DNA from: Gammaproteobacteria bacterium
GTDB lineage: Bacteria; Pseudomonadota; Gammaproteobacteria; Eutrophobiales; Eutrophobiaceae
NCBI GenBank assembly: GCA_965215365.1
Contig: CBDCDS010000001.1
Span: forward strand, 1-64,000
Length of the DNA: 64,000 nucleotides
Direction of reading: 5' to 3'
Under the pieces are notes generated by a model that saw only the letters and a program-made list of their open reading frames with translations, was not told the DNA's origin and made no database searches. Position numbers and translations under genes: made by a program. Shown here piece after piece: positions 42,069 to 52,358 of this stretch. Positions within the stretch are counted from its first letter, which is position 1, and every line of letters begins with the position of its first letter.

Positions 42069-42803
42069 TTGGGTAAATAAGGTAACCTCTAACCCGATTA
42101 TCTCCGATAACATGCGTAATCTGCTACGTAATCCTCTGCTGTCGGAAACAGCCAGTTTGCCGAGGCAATGATGGAAATATCCGGGGTCTTCCTCGAGTTT
42201 GATGATGGCTTGGGATAGAGCGTCCACTACCACATCGCCATAAGCGCCTATCGCCCTGTCGAGGCCGGCCAGTGCTGCAGTATTGCCCCAGCCCTTGATC
42301 ATGAAAGCCAGATCGATAATGTCACGGCTCAACACGGATCGATCGGCCCAGCGGTCTGCGTTGGCAAGGAATTTTTCGGCAAAACATGACACCGGATCAA
42401 GCGCGGGAACCGGTAATCCTGCGGCTGGGTCCGGGTCAATCAGGATTCTCCCTTCGGTAATAATTTCAAACTTGACAGGCTCACCGTCAAGGTCTAGAAA
42501 CGTCCGGATGCCATAGCGATCGGCGCGCACCTCCCGCAACAGAGCAATGGGTTCTGTGAGAATATCGCCCAGGGAATTTTGGGAAATGGTATTGCGCAGC
42601 CTGCGATAGCCGGAGCCGTCAGCGCAAAGAAAATCAACATCAGCCGACTCTCTGTATTCGCCTAATCCGAGCACTATTCTCGTACCGCCGCCGAAGTAAC
42701 AGCAGGTATCCGTGAGCAACCTGGCGTTGAAAGAGTTCAGCGCCCGCCACACCCGTTGATGTTTTGAGCGTTTGCACTCAGGCGTGGATGACACCATTGC
42801 CAT
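42024..42803 (-). CDS. AbiEii/DUF1814-family nucleotidyltransferase toxin
   Basis: FGGGTRI...YRESADVDF, DRYGIRT, KFEI, EKFLANADR, RDIID. Confidence 0.85.
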   Translation of the reverse strand: MAMVSSTPECKRSKHQRVWRALNSFNARLLTDTCCYFGGGTRIVLGLGEYRESADVDFLCADGSGYRRLRNTISQNSLGDILTEPIALLREVRADRYGIRTFLDLDGEPVKFEIITEGRILIDPDPAAGLPVPALDPVSCFAEKFLANADRWADRSVLSRDIIDLAFMIKGWGNTAALAGLDRAIGAYGDVVVDALSQAIIKLEEDPGYFHHCLGKLAVSDSRGLRSRLRMLSEIIGLEVTLFTQSQTTLPCKRRIGKD

Positions 42804-43215
42804 ATTCCTGTTTTAAGCGCATAATCAACTCATGCTCAGCAGTGCTCATCTCATGCAGGTCAACATGGCGCCAGTTGCTTTCATAGAGTTGAAATGCCTC
42901 AGCGCGGGTCACGAAACGGCCGCTGCGGTTCCAGGCAAGCAACCGCAGATTCTCGAAATCGTCGATGCATAAAATCCGGGAGTCAATGAATGACTGGAAA
43001 TCAGACATGAAAGCGCCCTGTTTGACCCCTGCCTTCAACTTTTCCGCAAGCCGGCGCGGTAAGCGTAGTTGATGAGTGACCAGATCACGCTGTTTCTCCC
43101 GTTCACGCTGTCGTCGTTTAGCCAGACGCAACTGTTTACGACGAATGACTACAGGATCACTATCTTCTGTTATCACTTGCCCCGATTTCAGTTTCGCATT
43201 ATGCCGTGTATCCAT
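42778..43215 (-). CDS. Putative antitoxin partner of the AbiEii-like toxin
   Basis: Overlaps toxin start; basic helical N-terminus; LAW...EAFQLYESNWRHVD C-domain of the kind seen upstream of this toxin family. Confidence 0.65.
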   Translation of the reverse strand: MDTRHNAKLKSGQVITEDSDPVVIRRKQLRLAKRRQREREKQRDLVTHQLRLPRRLAEKLKAGVKQGAFMSDFQSFIDSRILCIDDFENLRLLAWNRSGRFVTRAEAFQLYESNWRHVDLHEMSTAEHELIMRLKQEYGNGVIHA

Positions 43216-43299
43216 GATGACATGTCATCATACCAGAATAAGTCGGGGTTTGAAAGAATTACCGAATTGAGGAATTCGCGCTGAGCGCACGGAAAAGTA

Positions 43300-43372
43300 T
43301 GGCCAGGGACAGAATCGAACTGCCGACACAGGGATTTTCAGTCCCCTGCTCTACCTACTGAGCTACCTGGCC
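43300..43372 (-). tRNA. tRNA-Phe(GAA), CCA not encoded
   Basis: GGCCAGGTAGCTCAGTAGGTAGAGCAGGGGACTGAAAATCCCTGTGTCGGCAGTTCGATTCTGTCCCTGGCCA then TAC. Confidence 0.95.
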
Positions 43373-43419
43373 AGAGTGGAAAGGTGGCGCGCTGGTGGCG
43401 CGGTGGCGCAAAGGGGTGT

Positions 43420-43448
43420 ATTAAATCCCACTCTGGGTTTTACGTCAA
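43420..43448 (-). promoter_or_regulatory. Sigma70-like promoter of tRNA-Phe
   Basis: TTGACG-N17-TTTAAT on minus strand. Confidence 0.6.
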
Positions 43449-43465
43449 GAGGGCTATCCATACTC

Positions 43466-45096
43466 CAGCTGCTCCCGCTAACTCTGGTAAGTGGAGGCAT
43501 CATCAGGTCGGGCTCATTTTTTTAAGGTCTCCCGGTCATCAGGGGATGCGCGGTCCTCCGGCTGTTCCCGGCAGGTGTTGATGTGGCTTGATTTCCCCTG
43601 AAGTCCCCCACCTCGAACCACTCGGTCACGGCGTGGGCTCAGGATGTATCATAGGCCACTAACAGCGTCGGAGCAGGCCCGTAGGCCAGCGCCCGATACA
43701 GCGTCTCCCAGTCCGGCAACAACCACGTGAAGAAGAAGCTTCTGAGCTTCTCCCAGAAGTAGCGCTTGCGGCCCTGTTGGGCCAGCGCCGCCTGGAACAG
43801 CCCGCAGCACTGCTGCTGCACCTGGTCTATCAGGAACGCCAGCATCATCAGGTAGGCGAACACGGTAGACAGGTGTTGATAACCATGGCCGAAGTTATGC
43901 TCGAAGTGGTAGCCTTGGTTCTTCAGGGTATTGAATGTCTCGTTCTCAATTTTCCAGCGCGCCCGCGCCCCGCGCATAATCCGCAGCAGGTTGTCTTGAT
44001 GCAGGGGAATGTCTGTCACCCAGGTAAAGCGCTGTGTCTTGCCTGAGGGGCGTTGTTCTTCATAATCCAAGACATTCACCGTCAGGTCAAAGTGTGTCTC
44101 GTTCAAGGGGGCGCCATGGAGATAACGGAATCGGTGTACGACACCGTCTTTGTCCGTGAACTCAGCCGTGTTCACCCCCGGCGTGGTGGCGAGCCAGTTA
44201 AACAGAAAGGTATGGTCACCGGGCTTGACCCCCAGAATATAACGCATCTTCAACGACTGTAACAACCGGATATGCGGCCCGTTCGCCGCCAGCGCATCCT
44301 CCACCACTATCAGTTTCAGGTGCGGGTGCTCCCGGCGCACATCGGCCAGCAACCGCTTGGCCGCATTGCGCTCGCAATCGTTCTTCTGAGCCCCGTCCGC
44401 ACGGGTGATCGGCTCGGGCGCCAACGGCAAGACCACCCGTTGCTCAGGATGTACCAGCACCGCCCCCAGCAGTTGATGGTAATAACTCACCCGACCGTCC
44501 CGGTGCTGTGTCTGACAACACTGCTCGCAATGCACCCGGTCTGAATAAAAATACCCCGTGCCATCCACCGACAACAGGTAATGCCCCGCCCACCAGTGAA
44601 ACGAATCTAACCCCTTGCCCCGCTGCAACAGATGCAACACCCGCCGAAACGCACCCCGCAATGCCGCCGGGTCCACCGCATCGAGCCGCTCTCGTAACGC
44701 CGTGTCCGACGGCGCTTTGTCAATCCCATACAACGTCCGCAGGTTCGAGGCCACCACCGCATCTGCGCGGCCTTCGTCAAACTGCAGCAGCGAGGGGTAC
44801 TTCAACCCGAACACCGCCAGCCCCGACATCAGGTAATCGACCAACGCAAACCCACGCCCCACCGTATCATCCTTGATAGCTTCAAAACAACGGCGGACTT
44901 CACTTAACAAACCCGGGGCACTCAGCGACTTACGTAAAGCAGGACGGGACATGGCTCACCTCACCTTTGACGTGAATAATGCCCGGTAGTATACTGAATC
45001 CACCCTAAAAGTTTGCGAAAACCTTTTTTCAGATCGCTCAAAAACCCTGTATTTGTAAGGATTTTATGACTGCTCAGGCATTAGCGGGAATTGCTG
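43466..45096 (-). mobile_element. Complete insertion sequence (1631 bp), ISNCY-like
   Basis: Imperfect TIRs CAGCTGCTCCCGCTAA / CAGCAATTCCCGCTAA; 9-bp direct repeat TCCATACTC at 43457-43465 and 45097-45105. Confidence 0.9.
43639..44952 (-). CDS. DDE transposase (ISNCY-like)
   Basis: SVDGTG, KNDCERNAAKR, VEDAL, RARWKIENETFNTLKNQGY. Confidence 0.9.
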   Translation of the reverse strand: MSRPALRKSLSAPGLLSEVRRCFEAIKDDTVGRGFALVDYLMSGLAVFGLKYPSLLQFDEGRADAVVASNLRTLYGIDKAPSDTALRERLDAVDPAALRGAFRRVLHLLQRGKGLDSFHWWAGHYLLSVDGTGYFYSDRVHCEQCCQTQHRDGRVSYYHQLLGAVLVHPEQRVVLPLAPEPITRADGAQKNDCERNAAKRLLADVRREHPHLKLIVVEDALAANGPHIRLLQSLKMRYILGVKPGDHTFLFNWLATTPGVNTAEFTDKDGVVHRFRYLHGAPLNETHFDLTVNVLDYEEQRPSGKTQRFTWVTDIPLHQDNLLRIMRGARARWKIENETFNTLKNQGYHFEHNFGHGYQHLSTVFAYLMMLAFLIDQVQQQCCGLFQAALAQQGRKRYFWEKLRSFFFTWLLPDWETLYRALAYGPAPTLLVAYDTS

Positions 45097-45376
45097 TCCA
45101 TACTCACGCGCAAGTTCGACAAACATGCGCGAATCTCTAAAAATGCTCTTCGTGGCATTTTTGCTGTGTAAATTTACCCTTGCCTGCCTGTTCACATCCC
45201 TGTAGCCGGATACCGGCCAATCTTTGGCCGGGGAGCCTGCCCCGGCATGTCGTCAGCCGGGGACGAACTTACATGCTGGCGGAGTTGTACAGCGTCCTGA
45301 TCAATGGGGGTTTAGAGGTTACCTGACGTGACGTCCCGGATTTCCGGATGGGTTTGGCCATGTCTATTATCGTTCA

Positions 45377-45891
45377 TCATTCATCATCTATGATGGACAG
45401 CCGTATGTACTGGAACCGACCTTTGTTCATCATGGCATACAGGGAATTCTGCCCGTCATCCCGGAAGTTGTTGTTGTACGGGAGCATAAGGGCAGATATA
45501 AAACTCTCAGTCTCGGACACGTAAGCGCACCGCTTGAATGCGCCGGCACTCGTCCAGGTGGTTCCCGAAAGACCTCTGGCCCCGGCAACACCGTTGCTCA
45601 GGCAGTTTGTCTCGCCGTCATTGCACCGGGTGGTGTCGAAAAACTCGGCGCAGAAGGCAATCCGGTATTCCCTCGGAGTGCCAACGCTGCCGAGATTATC
45701 GCAACCTTCCAGGGCAAACCGGAAAATCACTCCAGCGGTACTATTTTCGTTTACAAAGTCCGTTGCCGGGAAGGTTTTGGTTAATACGATATGGGATGCA
45801 TCGCATTGCTCTGCCATTGCCGGCGCGGCCAGCATTGCCAGCAGCATGAGGGGGGCTAATTTAGGGGGGGGATAAGGGTAAATAATTTCAT
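45377..45891 (-). CDS. Cys-rich secreted hypothetical protein, frameshifted at a G8 tract in the signal peptide
   Basis: ORF 45377-45847 has six Cys and an AMA-EQ cleavage site; upstream ATG 45891 with GGGAGAG RBS is in frame only if the tract at 45864-45871 gains one base. Confidence 0.6.
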
Positions 45892-46003
45892 TTTTCTCTC
45901 CCGACGATCGAATCGAGTAAAGCAGTAAGACACTGCAACTCCACTTGTACTAAAATGGCCAGCAAAAGTCAACTTTTCACTCTGCTCTGCCGGGGGCAAT
46001 GCC

Positions 46004-47371
46004 TTGAAGCAAGAAGAATTAAAGTTTGTGTTGCGCGCGACCTTGATCCATGCGCCGCTGGCCGGTGTTGTGGAAATCCTTGAAAATGCCTTGATTGCGG
46101 TGGATAACCGAGGTCAGATTAGTGCGGTAACAAGCCCTGGCAGCCCCGACTATGCAGTGCTGGAACAGGCGGCGGCGCGGGGCGGCAAGCTGCAACGGTT
46201 GGCGCCGCAGCAATATCTGTTGCCGGGGCTGGTCGATACGCATGTGCACGCGCCGCAGTGGCCGCAACTCGGCAAGGCCCTGGACCGCCCCTTGGATGAA
46301 TGGCTGCAGCAATACACGTTCCCACTGGAGGCAAGGTACGCGGATCTGGAATTTGCCGAGCGGATCTACCGCCACCTGGTGCACACCCTCATTGCCAACG
46401 GCACCACGACGGCACTGTACTACGCCACTATCCACCTCGAGTCATCGGCGCGTCTGGCCGAAATCTGTCTGCAACAGGGACAGCGGGCGCTGGTCGGCAA
46501 GGTCGCCATGGACAACCCCGAACAATGCCCGGAGTATTACCGCGATGCCAGCACCGGGCAAGCACTGGAAGATACCGAGCGCTTCTTAGAACAGGTGCCG
46601 GATATGCCGGGCAATGCCAACGGGCTGGTACGGCCTGTCATCACCCCTAGGTTCATTCCGGCCTGCACCGATGAACTGCTACGGGAACTGGGCGAACTGG
46701 CGCAGCGCCGCGGCTGCCACGTACAGACCCATTGCTCGGAGGGCGACTGGGAGCATGGGTATGTGCTGGAACGCCATGGCAAGACCGATACGTGCAGTCT
46801 GGACGACTTCGGCCTGTTGACTGCGCGCACGGTGCTCGCCCATTGCGACTTCATCAATGAAGCAGACATGGGGATAATCAAGGGCGCACAAACCGGGGTC
46901 GCACACTGCCCGCTGTCGAACCTGTATTTTGCCAATGCCGTCTTCCCGGCGCGTCAAGCTCTGGATCGCGGCTTGCAGGTCGGCCTGGGCACAGACATCG
47001 CCGGTGGCGCAAACCCCGGCATCCTGCACAACTGCCAGATGGCCGTCACCGCCTCCCGAGCGCTGGAGGACGGGGTCAACCCGGACCTGCCGGCAGCAAC
47101 ACGCAGCACGCCCGGCGCCCGCATCGACTTCCGCGAAGCGTTCTGGATGGCGACTGCAGGCGGCGGCGAGGCGCTGGGGTTAAAGGTGGGTAAATTCGTT
47201 GCCGGCTACGCCTTCGACGCCATCGTCATCGACACGCGCGCGCCCGACAGCAATCTCATGCTCTGGGACGACATGGATGAGGGCGATGACATTTTGCAGA
47301 AAATCATCTACAACGCTGATCGCAGTAACATCAAGCAGGTCTGGGTGCAGGGGAAGTTGATAAAAGGCTGA
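46004..47371 (+). CDS. guaD: Guanine deaminase
   Basis: PGLVDTHVHAPQ, WLQQYTFPLE, ITPRFIP, QTHCSE, HCPLSN, GLGTDIAGG. Confidence 0.93.
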   Translation: MKQEELKFVLRATLIHAPLAGVVEILENALIAVDNRGQISAVTSPGSPDYAVLEQAAARGGKLQRLAPQQYLLPGLVDTHVHAPQWPQLGKALDRPLDEWLQQYTFPLEARYADLEFAERIYRHLVHTLIANGTTTALYYATIHLESSARLAEICLQQGQRALVGKVAMDNPEQCPEYYRDASTGQALEDTERFLEQVPDMPGNANGLVRPVITPRFIPACTDELLRELGELAQRRGCHVQTHCSEGDWEHGYVLERHGKTDTCSLDDFGLLTARTVLAHCDFINEADMGIIKGAQTGVAHCPLSNLYFANAVFPARQALDRGLQVGLGTDIAGGANPGILHNCQMAVTASRALEDGVNPDLPAATRSTPGARIDFREAFWMATAGGGEALGLKVGKFVAGYAFDAIVIDTRAPDSNLMLWDDMDEGDDILQKIIYNADRSNIKQVWVQGKLIKG

Positions 47372-47440
47372 CGGTTATACAAAGATGAAAGCAGCCCGGT
47401 CGAAGATGATTTTCTGGCTGAACGTCCGGACTTGCTCGCG

Positions 47441-47458
47441 CTTGGTGAGATATGCGGG
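47441..47458 (+). repeat. Isolated terminus of MITE family A
   Basis: CTTGGTGAGATATGCGGG followed by TTAA; no partner end nearby. Confidence 0.7.
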
Positions 47459-47476
47459 TTAACACCTGCAGCTACA

Positions 47477-47746
47477 TTATGCGGCAGGTACGTATTCCTT
47501 CGGTTTCTCCGAGCCGGCGCCGAAGAAATACTTTTCCATTTCTTCCTCCAGGAATTTGCGCGCCTTGGGTTCAAACGGGGTCAGGCGATATTCGTTGATG
47601 AGCATGGTCTGGTGAGACAGCCACAGCTGCCAGGCTTCCTGCGACACGTTTTCGTAAATGCGCTTACCCAGGTCGCCGGGGTATGGCGGGGCCGGCAGGC
47701 CGGCCGCTTCCTTGTTCAGTTTTATGCAGTTGACGGTGTTTGTCAT
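47477..47746 (-). CDS. yggX: Oxidative damage protection / Fe(II)-trafficking protein
   Basis: VNCIKL...[22 protein letters not shown]...[10 protein letters not shown]; ATGA overlap with mutY. Confidence 0.93.
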   Translation of the reverse strand: MTNTVNCIKLNKEAAGLPAPPYPGDLGKRIYENVSQEAWQLWLSHQTMLINEYRLTPFEPKARKFLEEEMEKYFFGAGSEKPKEYVPAA

Positions 47747-48804
47747 GGTGTATTTTCTCCTGTTGAGTAAAAACTCTTTAACAACGCCTGCACCGGCGCC
47801 GGCAAACCTATCTGCGCGGCCTGCGCGGGAGAATACCACAGGCAGGCATCATTATCCCGTATGGTATCAGTCCGGTCCCGGAGCACAGCCCTGACCGGAG
47901 TAATATCTAGGTGGAAGTGGCTGAAGCTGTGGCGTAATGGCGGCAATGGCGTCAGGGTAGCGGACAAAAGCAATGCCCGGCGCGCTATCCAGTCGGCAAG
48001 TTCTGCCTGGGAGGGATATTCCGGCAGGCTCCAGAGCCCGCCCCAGACACCGGTCGGCGGGCGCTGTTCCAGTAGTATTTCGCCTTGCTCGTTTTCCAAC
48101 ACGGCGAAGACTGCCCTGCGCACCGGTCGTGCGCGCCTGGGTCTGGCGGTCGGTAGCTGTTGTTGTGCGTTATGCCGGCGCGCATAACAGCCGGTTGCCA
48201 ATGGGCAATCGGCACAGCGCGGGCCGGCACGGGTGCAAACCGTGGCGCCCAGGTCCATGATAGCCTGGGTATAGGCTGCGACTTCCTGTTGCGGAGTCTC
48301 CCGCTCGGCCAGTTCCCACAGTTTTTTTTCCACCTCCCTGTGGCCGGGCCAGCCGTGGATGCCGTAGTAACGGGTCAACACCCGCTTTACATTGCCGTCG
48401 AGGATGGCGGCGCGGTGCCCATAGCCCAGGGCAAGTATGGCCCCGGCCGTGGAGCGGCCGATGCCCGGTAAGGCTGTCAGAGCGTCCGGCTCAGTCGGCA
48501 GGCTGCCGCCGTAATCCTGCATGATGACACCTGCGGCCCGGTGCATATTTCTCGCCCTGGCGTAATAGCCCAGCCCGGTCCAGAGGTGCAGTACCCGATC
48601 CAGCGGCGCCTCAGCCAGGGTACGGGGGTCGGGGAAACATTCAACGAAGCGCAGGAAGTAAGGTATGACGGTCTTTACCTGGGTCTGTTGCAACATGATC
48701 TCGGACACCCAGACGCGGTAGGGGTTGGCAGCCTGCTGCCAGGGCAGGTCATGCCGGCCCTGGCGTTCGAACCAGGGCAGTAACGCAGTGGTGAGCTCAG
48801 GCAT
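47743..48804 (-). CDS. mutY: A/G-specific adenine glycosylase
   Basis: [39 protein letters not shown], 4Fe-4S Cys cluster. Confidence 0.96.
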   Translation of the reverse strand: MPELTTALLPWFERQGRHDLPWQQAANPYRVWVSEIMLQQTQVKTVIPYFLRFVECFPDPRTLAEAPLDRVLHLWTGLGYYARARNMHRAAGVIMQDYGGSLPTEPDALTALPGIGRSTAGAILALGYGHRAAILDGNVKRVLTRYYGIHGWPGHREVEKKLWELAERETPQQEVAAYTQAIMDLGATVCTRAGPRCADCPLATGCYARRHNAQQQLPTARPRRARPVRRAVFAVLENEQGEILLEQRPPTGVWGGLWSLPEYPSQAELADWIARRALLLSATLTPLPPLRHSFSHFHLDITPVRAVLRDRTDTIRDNDACLWYSPAQAAQIGLPAPVQALLKSFYSTGENTP

Positions 48805-48819
48805 TGAGGGGGTTAGGAA

Positions 48820-49395
48820 TCATTCCACGGGCTCGCCCCTGGCCAGTGCCTCCATCCTGAGAACAGTCTTCTCCGCCTCCCTGACCAGTTTGCGTTTCAG
48901 GAAAAACGGGCCTATTGCGGGCGGGACCCAGAAGCCGGGTTGCAGGTGGAAACTGTAGTTGACTTCACTTCGACCCGGCCCCAGCGGAATGACGTGCCAT
49001 TCCGTCCTGCCATAGTCGAAATCGCTTTCATCAGGCAGCATGATTGCCACCACCCTGCCGTCGTCGAACTGTTGCACATCTTCCACCATCGTCACCTCGA
49101 AACAAAAAAACGCGACACAGGTCTCCACTACCAGACGGCGCCGGGTCTGGTCTTCGGGCGCGCCGGCGATGACGGTCGATTCGATCATCACTGCACTCAT
49201 TCGCCGGTAATGCTCATGGTCAGTCAGGATTGCCAGCATGTCTTCCTGCCCTGCATCAAGCTGCATGGTGAGATTCAACCAGTAATCCTTGCCCTTATGC
49301 TTCACCTCGGCAGACGTTATCTCGCCGGCGTGCAGTAATGCGCCTGAGGCAATCAGGGGCAGGATAACAACAATCCGCACCATCGCCAGCCTCAC
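48820..49395 (-). CDS. Secreted SRPBCC/START-like protein
   Basis: Signal peptide, CVAFFC, W...P.FWVPPAIGP; inside asmA-mutY operon. Confidence 0.65.
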   Translation of the reverse strand: MRLAMVRIVVILPLIASGALLHAGEITSAEVKHKGKDYWLNLTMQLDAGQEDMLAILTDHEHYRRMSAVMIESTVIAGAPEDQTRRRLVVETCVAFFCFEVTMVEDVQQFDDGRVVAIMLPDESDFDYGRTEWHVIPLGPGRSEVNYSFHLQPGFWVPPAIGPFFLKRKLVREAEKTVLRMEALARGEPVE

Positions 49396-52358
49396 TTGAA
49401 AATCTCCTTTAAGCCTTCTTTAAGCAACTCTTGCAGCGGGTCCGGTTGGGACTCTTCACCCGTCGGTGCCCCATCCCCGGCGTTTTGCGGCGCCTCGTTG
49501 CCCGGTAGCTTCAGGTCGAGCGCGTCAAGAACCGTATCGACCAGCAGCCCGGCCAGGATCTTTTCCCACGCCAGCCTGACCCTCGGATCATCCAGCGCGC
49601 CGATGACTTCAACCGGCAGCGACAGTCCTTCCAGCGCCGCCAGTTCCTCGCCGCCACTGTATCTGGCCGTATCAACCACGGTCGCCAGACCCTGGTAATC
49701 AATGGTGCCGGTATGCAGATCCGCCAGCACCCCGCTACCGCGCAGGCGGAACGCCGGGGCTGTCAGCATCAGGTCATCCATGCGCACCATACCGGCTTGC
49801 GCTACCGGGTTGCCGGTTAATTTGGTAAAGTCAGTTGCCTCGGTTTCCTGCAGTGCTACGATCCGGCCCGTTTTGAACTGGTTCCAGTGGCGCAGGGCCC
49901 GACCCAGGTTGAAACCGGCAATGGCGCCGTTGCTCAGGCTGATGCTCATGCGGCCGTCCAGGCTGCGTTTCATGGCGGCGACACTGTTGCCGCGGGCATT
50001 CACTCTGGCGCGGAAGTTCCCCTCGCCGCGCAGGCGCGCGCCACCCGTCAGATCCAGCAGTAACGGCGCTACCTGTATGCCCGTGAGCTCCGTGTTCAAT
50101 GCCAATGTCGGCGGATTGGCGCGGGCATCCAGAACGGCGGCGGTAGAGAGCACACCCTCATACAAAGAGGCGGTCGCCTCATCCACCTGCAACACGCCGT
50201 CTTTGGTATTCAGGCGCACGCCGAAGTCTTGCAGGCGCAGCCCTGAAATATCCAGGCTGGTTATTTGCAGCCGGCCCTTAAGGTCGGTGGCGAGCAGCAA
50301 GCCCACAGGCAGCATTTCTTCATTGGCAGCCGCGCCGGTCCGGGCTGAAGACGGGCTCTGCGCCGACTTGGTCGGCAGGTAACGATCCAGGTCGATCCGG
50401 TCCACATTCAGGTCGAAGTTGGTCAGGGGTCCAGAAGTGGTTTCGGTCAGGTTCAATTCGCCGCGCAGGCGCGTCTCGTCCAGTTGCAATAGCAGGTCTT
50501 GCAGATTCATCCCGGCCTCGGACAGGTCAAAGCTGCCGGATAGGGCGACATCGCCAAAGACCGTACTATCCGCAGTTTTGGGAAGCTCGTGGCGCAGTTG
50601 TTGCGCTAATCGGCGCAGGTTGAACGGTGCCACCTGCAGTTGGCCGGCGATGGCAAGGTCTCCCCTGAGGTTGGTAAACTCGACATCACCGCCTGCTTTC
50701 AGTCCCAGCCCTTGTACGGTCAAGCCGTTGAAGGTCAGCCTCTGCTTATCCAGGTTAAGTCGGGTATCGGCGTCCAGCATCATGGTTGCCGGCGACCCGG
50801 GGATGTCCGGACCGGCGAATACCGCCTTGAGGGACATGGGCTGCAGGATGATGTCCGACCTGTTGCCTTGTATGCGTGTGTTCAGCTCTGCCGCCTGCAA
50901 CACTTCGGCCAGACTCGCCTGATCCAGTGCCGTCAGCAAGCCGGCGATATGCTCGCCGCTGATGTTGAGATCACCTTGCACCGTGCCGCTGCCGCCGTCC
51001 ATGTCCACCGCGTCCAGCGTTCCGGCAACTGTTATCCCCAGCGCCGCCAGCGCCAGGGTCGGCACCGACACGTTGCCGCGTTTCAAGTCGGCGTCGAAAA
51101 CCGTATCAAGACGAAATGATTTTGCCGGCACGCCGGCCAGTTTCCTGCCGTACTCACTCAGCGCGGCATCTTCCCCGCCCTGTAACCGACCCAGCACCTG
51201 CAGCAAGGTGGGCAAGTCGGGGCCGCTGGCTTGTAAGTCGCCCTGGTAGGCGGGCGTTTCGGAATGAATGTTGCAGGCTTGTACCGAGCCGTTGAGCTCG
51301 GCTCCCAGCAGCCTGGCCGTCAGTCCCGACAGGTCGAGGTCACCCCGTTCCAAGTCTGCGTCGAGCGTGGCGTTAATGTGGAAGCCACGGTCGGCCAGCT
51401 GTGCCAGTTGACTCGCCAGCGGCTCTATCTCGGCCAGCTTGAACCACTTGGCCAAGTCCTGGCCCTGCGCCTTTAGCGTCGCGACAATGGCGGGCGTGGG
51501 CGCATTGATGCGCTGCGCGTACAGGTTGCCGCTGACCGCAGTATCCAGCACTTCCAGGGTAAACTCGGACAGTGTGGCGGTATGCTCATCTAGGTTCACT
51601 TCAACCCCGGCAGATAATTTTGCGGAGGTCGCACCACCGGGGATATTGCTGCTGTTAATCGTGGCAGTTACAGCCAGCGGCGTTACCGCAAACCGCTGCC
51701 CGTCCGTGGCATAAGTAATAACGCCGGCCATGGCTAGGACTGCGTCCAGCGCCGGTTTATCACTGCTGGCGTGAAAGTCCAGATTGAAATCAACGGGTGC
51801 GCCGTATTGCAGCTCTGCAGTTGCCATGTCGATAGCGGAGAACTCATAGCGGGTAGCGGCCTGGCGGTCATGCAGGGTAATCCTGGCATCCTCTATGGCA
51901 ACGCCGCCCAAGGCCACTGCAGCCAGGGGCAAAGCCGGCTGGTCAGTGTCTGCAGCCGTTGCACCGAACACCTCCCAGTTGGCTGCGCCCTGTTGATTAC
52001 GCACCAGGTTGATAACTGCGCCCTTGATGACGACCGTATCCACCTCGTATTCTTCCCGTAACAGCGGCAGGGATTTGACTCGCAGCTTGAGGTAATCAAA
52101 CTCGGCCAAGGCGCCGCCGCCGAATTCTTCATTGTCGGCAATGCTCACATCAACAGCTTCCACCCCCAGCCAGGGGTAGTAGGTCAGGGTAACAGGCCCC
52201 TGCAAGGAGAGCGCCCGCCCGGTTTCCTTTTGGAATCTGGCCTCCAGCCAGTCCTTGTGCTCGTTGGGGTCGATGCGCATAACCAGGATCACCAGGGCCG
52301 CCAGCGCGATAACGCCGAGCCCGGTCAGCCAGACCAGGAGCTGAATGAGTTTCTTCAA
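49392..52358 (-). CDS. asmA: AsmA-family protein
   Basis: N-terminal TM then IDPNEHK...TGRAL.L.G...[13 protein letters not shown]; upstream of mutY. Confidence 0.85.
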   Translation of the reverse strand: MKKLIQLLVWLTGLGVIALAALVILVMRIDPNEHKDWLEARFQKETGRALSLQGPVTLTYYPWLGVEAVDVSIADNEEFGGGALAEFDYLKLRVKSLPLLREEYEVDTVVIKGAVINLVRNQQGAANWEVFGATAADTDQPALPLAAVALGGVAIEDARITLHDRQAATRYEFSAIDMATAELQYGAPVDFNLDFHASSDKPALDAVLAMAGVITYATDGQRFAVTPLAVTATINSSNIPGGATSAKLSAGVEVNLDEHTATLSEFTLEVLDTAVSGNLYAQRINAPTPAIVATLKAQGQDLAKWFKLAEIEPLASQLAQLADRGFHINATLDADLERGDLDLSGLTARLLGAELNGSVQACNIHSETPAYQGDLQASGPDLPTLLQVLGRLQGGEDAALSEYGRKLAGVPAKSFRLDTVFDADLKRGNVSVPTLALAALGITVAGTLDAVDMDGGSGTVQGDLNISGEHIAGLLTALDQASLAEVLQAAELNTRIQGNRSDIILQPMSLKAVFAGPDIPGSPATMMLDADTRLNLDKQRLTFNGLTVQGLGLKAGGDVEFTNLRGDLAIAGQLQVAPFNLRRLAQQLRHELPKTADSTVFGDVALSGSFDLSEAGMNLQDLLLQLDETRLRGELNLTETTSGPLTNFDLNVDRIDLDRYLPTKSAQSPSSARTGAAANEEMLPVGLLLATDLKGRLQITSLDISGLRLQDFGVRLNTKDGVLQVDEATASLYEGVLSTAAVLDARANPPTLALNTELTGIQVAPLLLDLTGGARLRGEGNFRARVNARGNSVAAMKRSLDGRMSISLSNGAIAGFNLGRALRHWNQFKTGRIVALQETEATDFTKLTGNPVAQAGMVRMDDLMLTAPAFRLRGSGVLADLHTGTIDYQGLATVVDTARYSGGEELAALEGLSLPVEVIGALDDPRVRLAWEKILAGLLVDTVLDALDLKLPGNEAPQNAGDGAPTGEESQPDPLQELLKEGLKEIFK

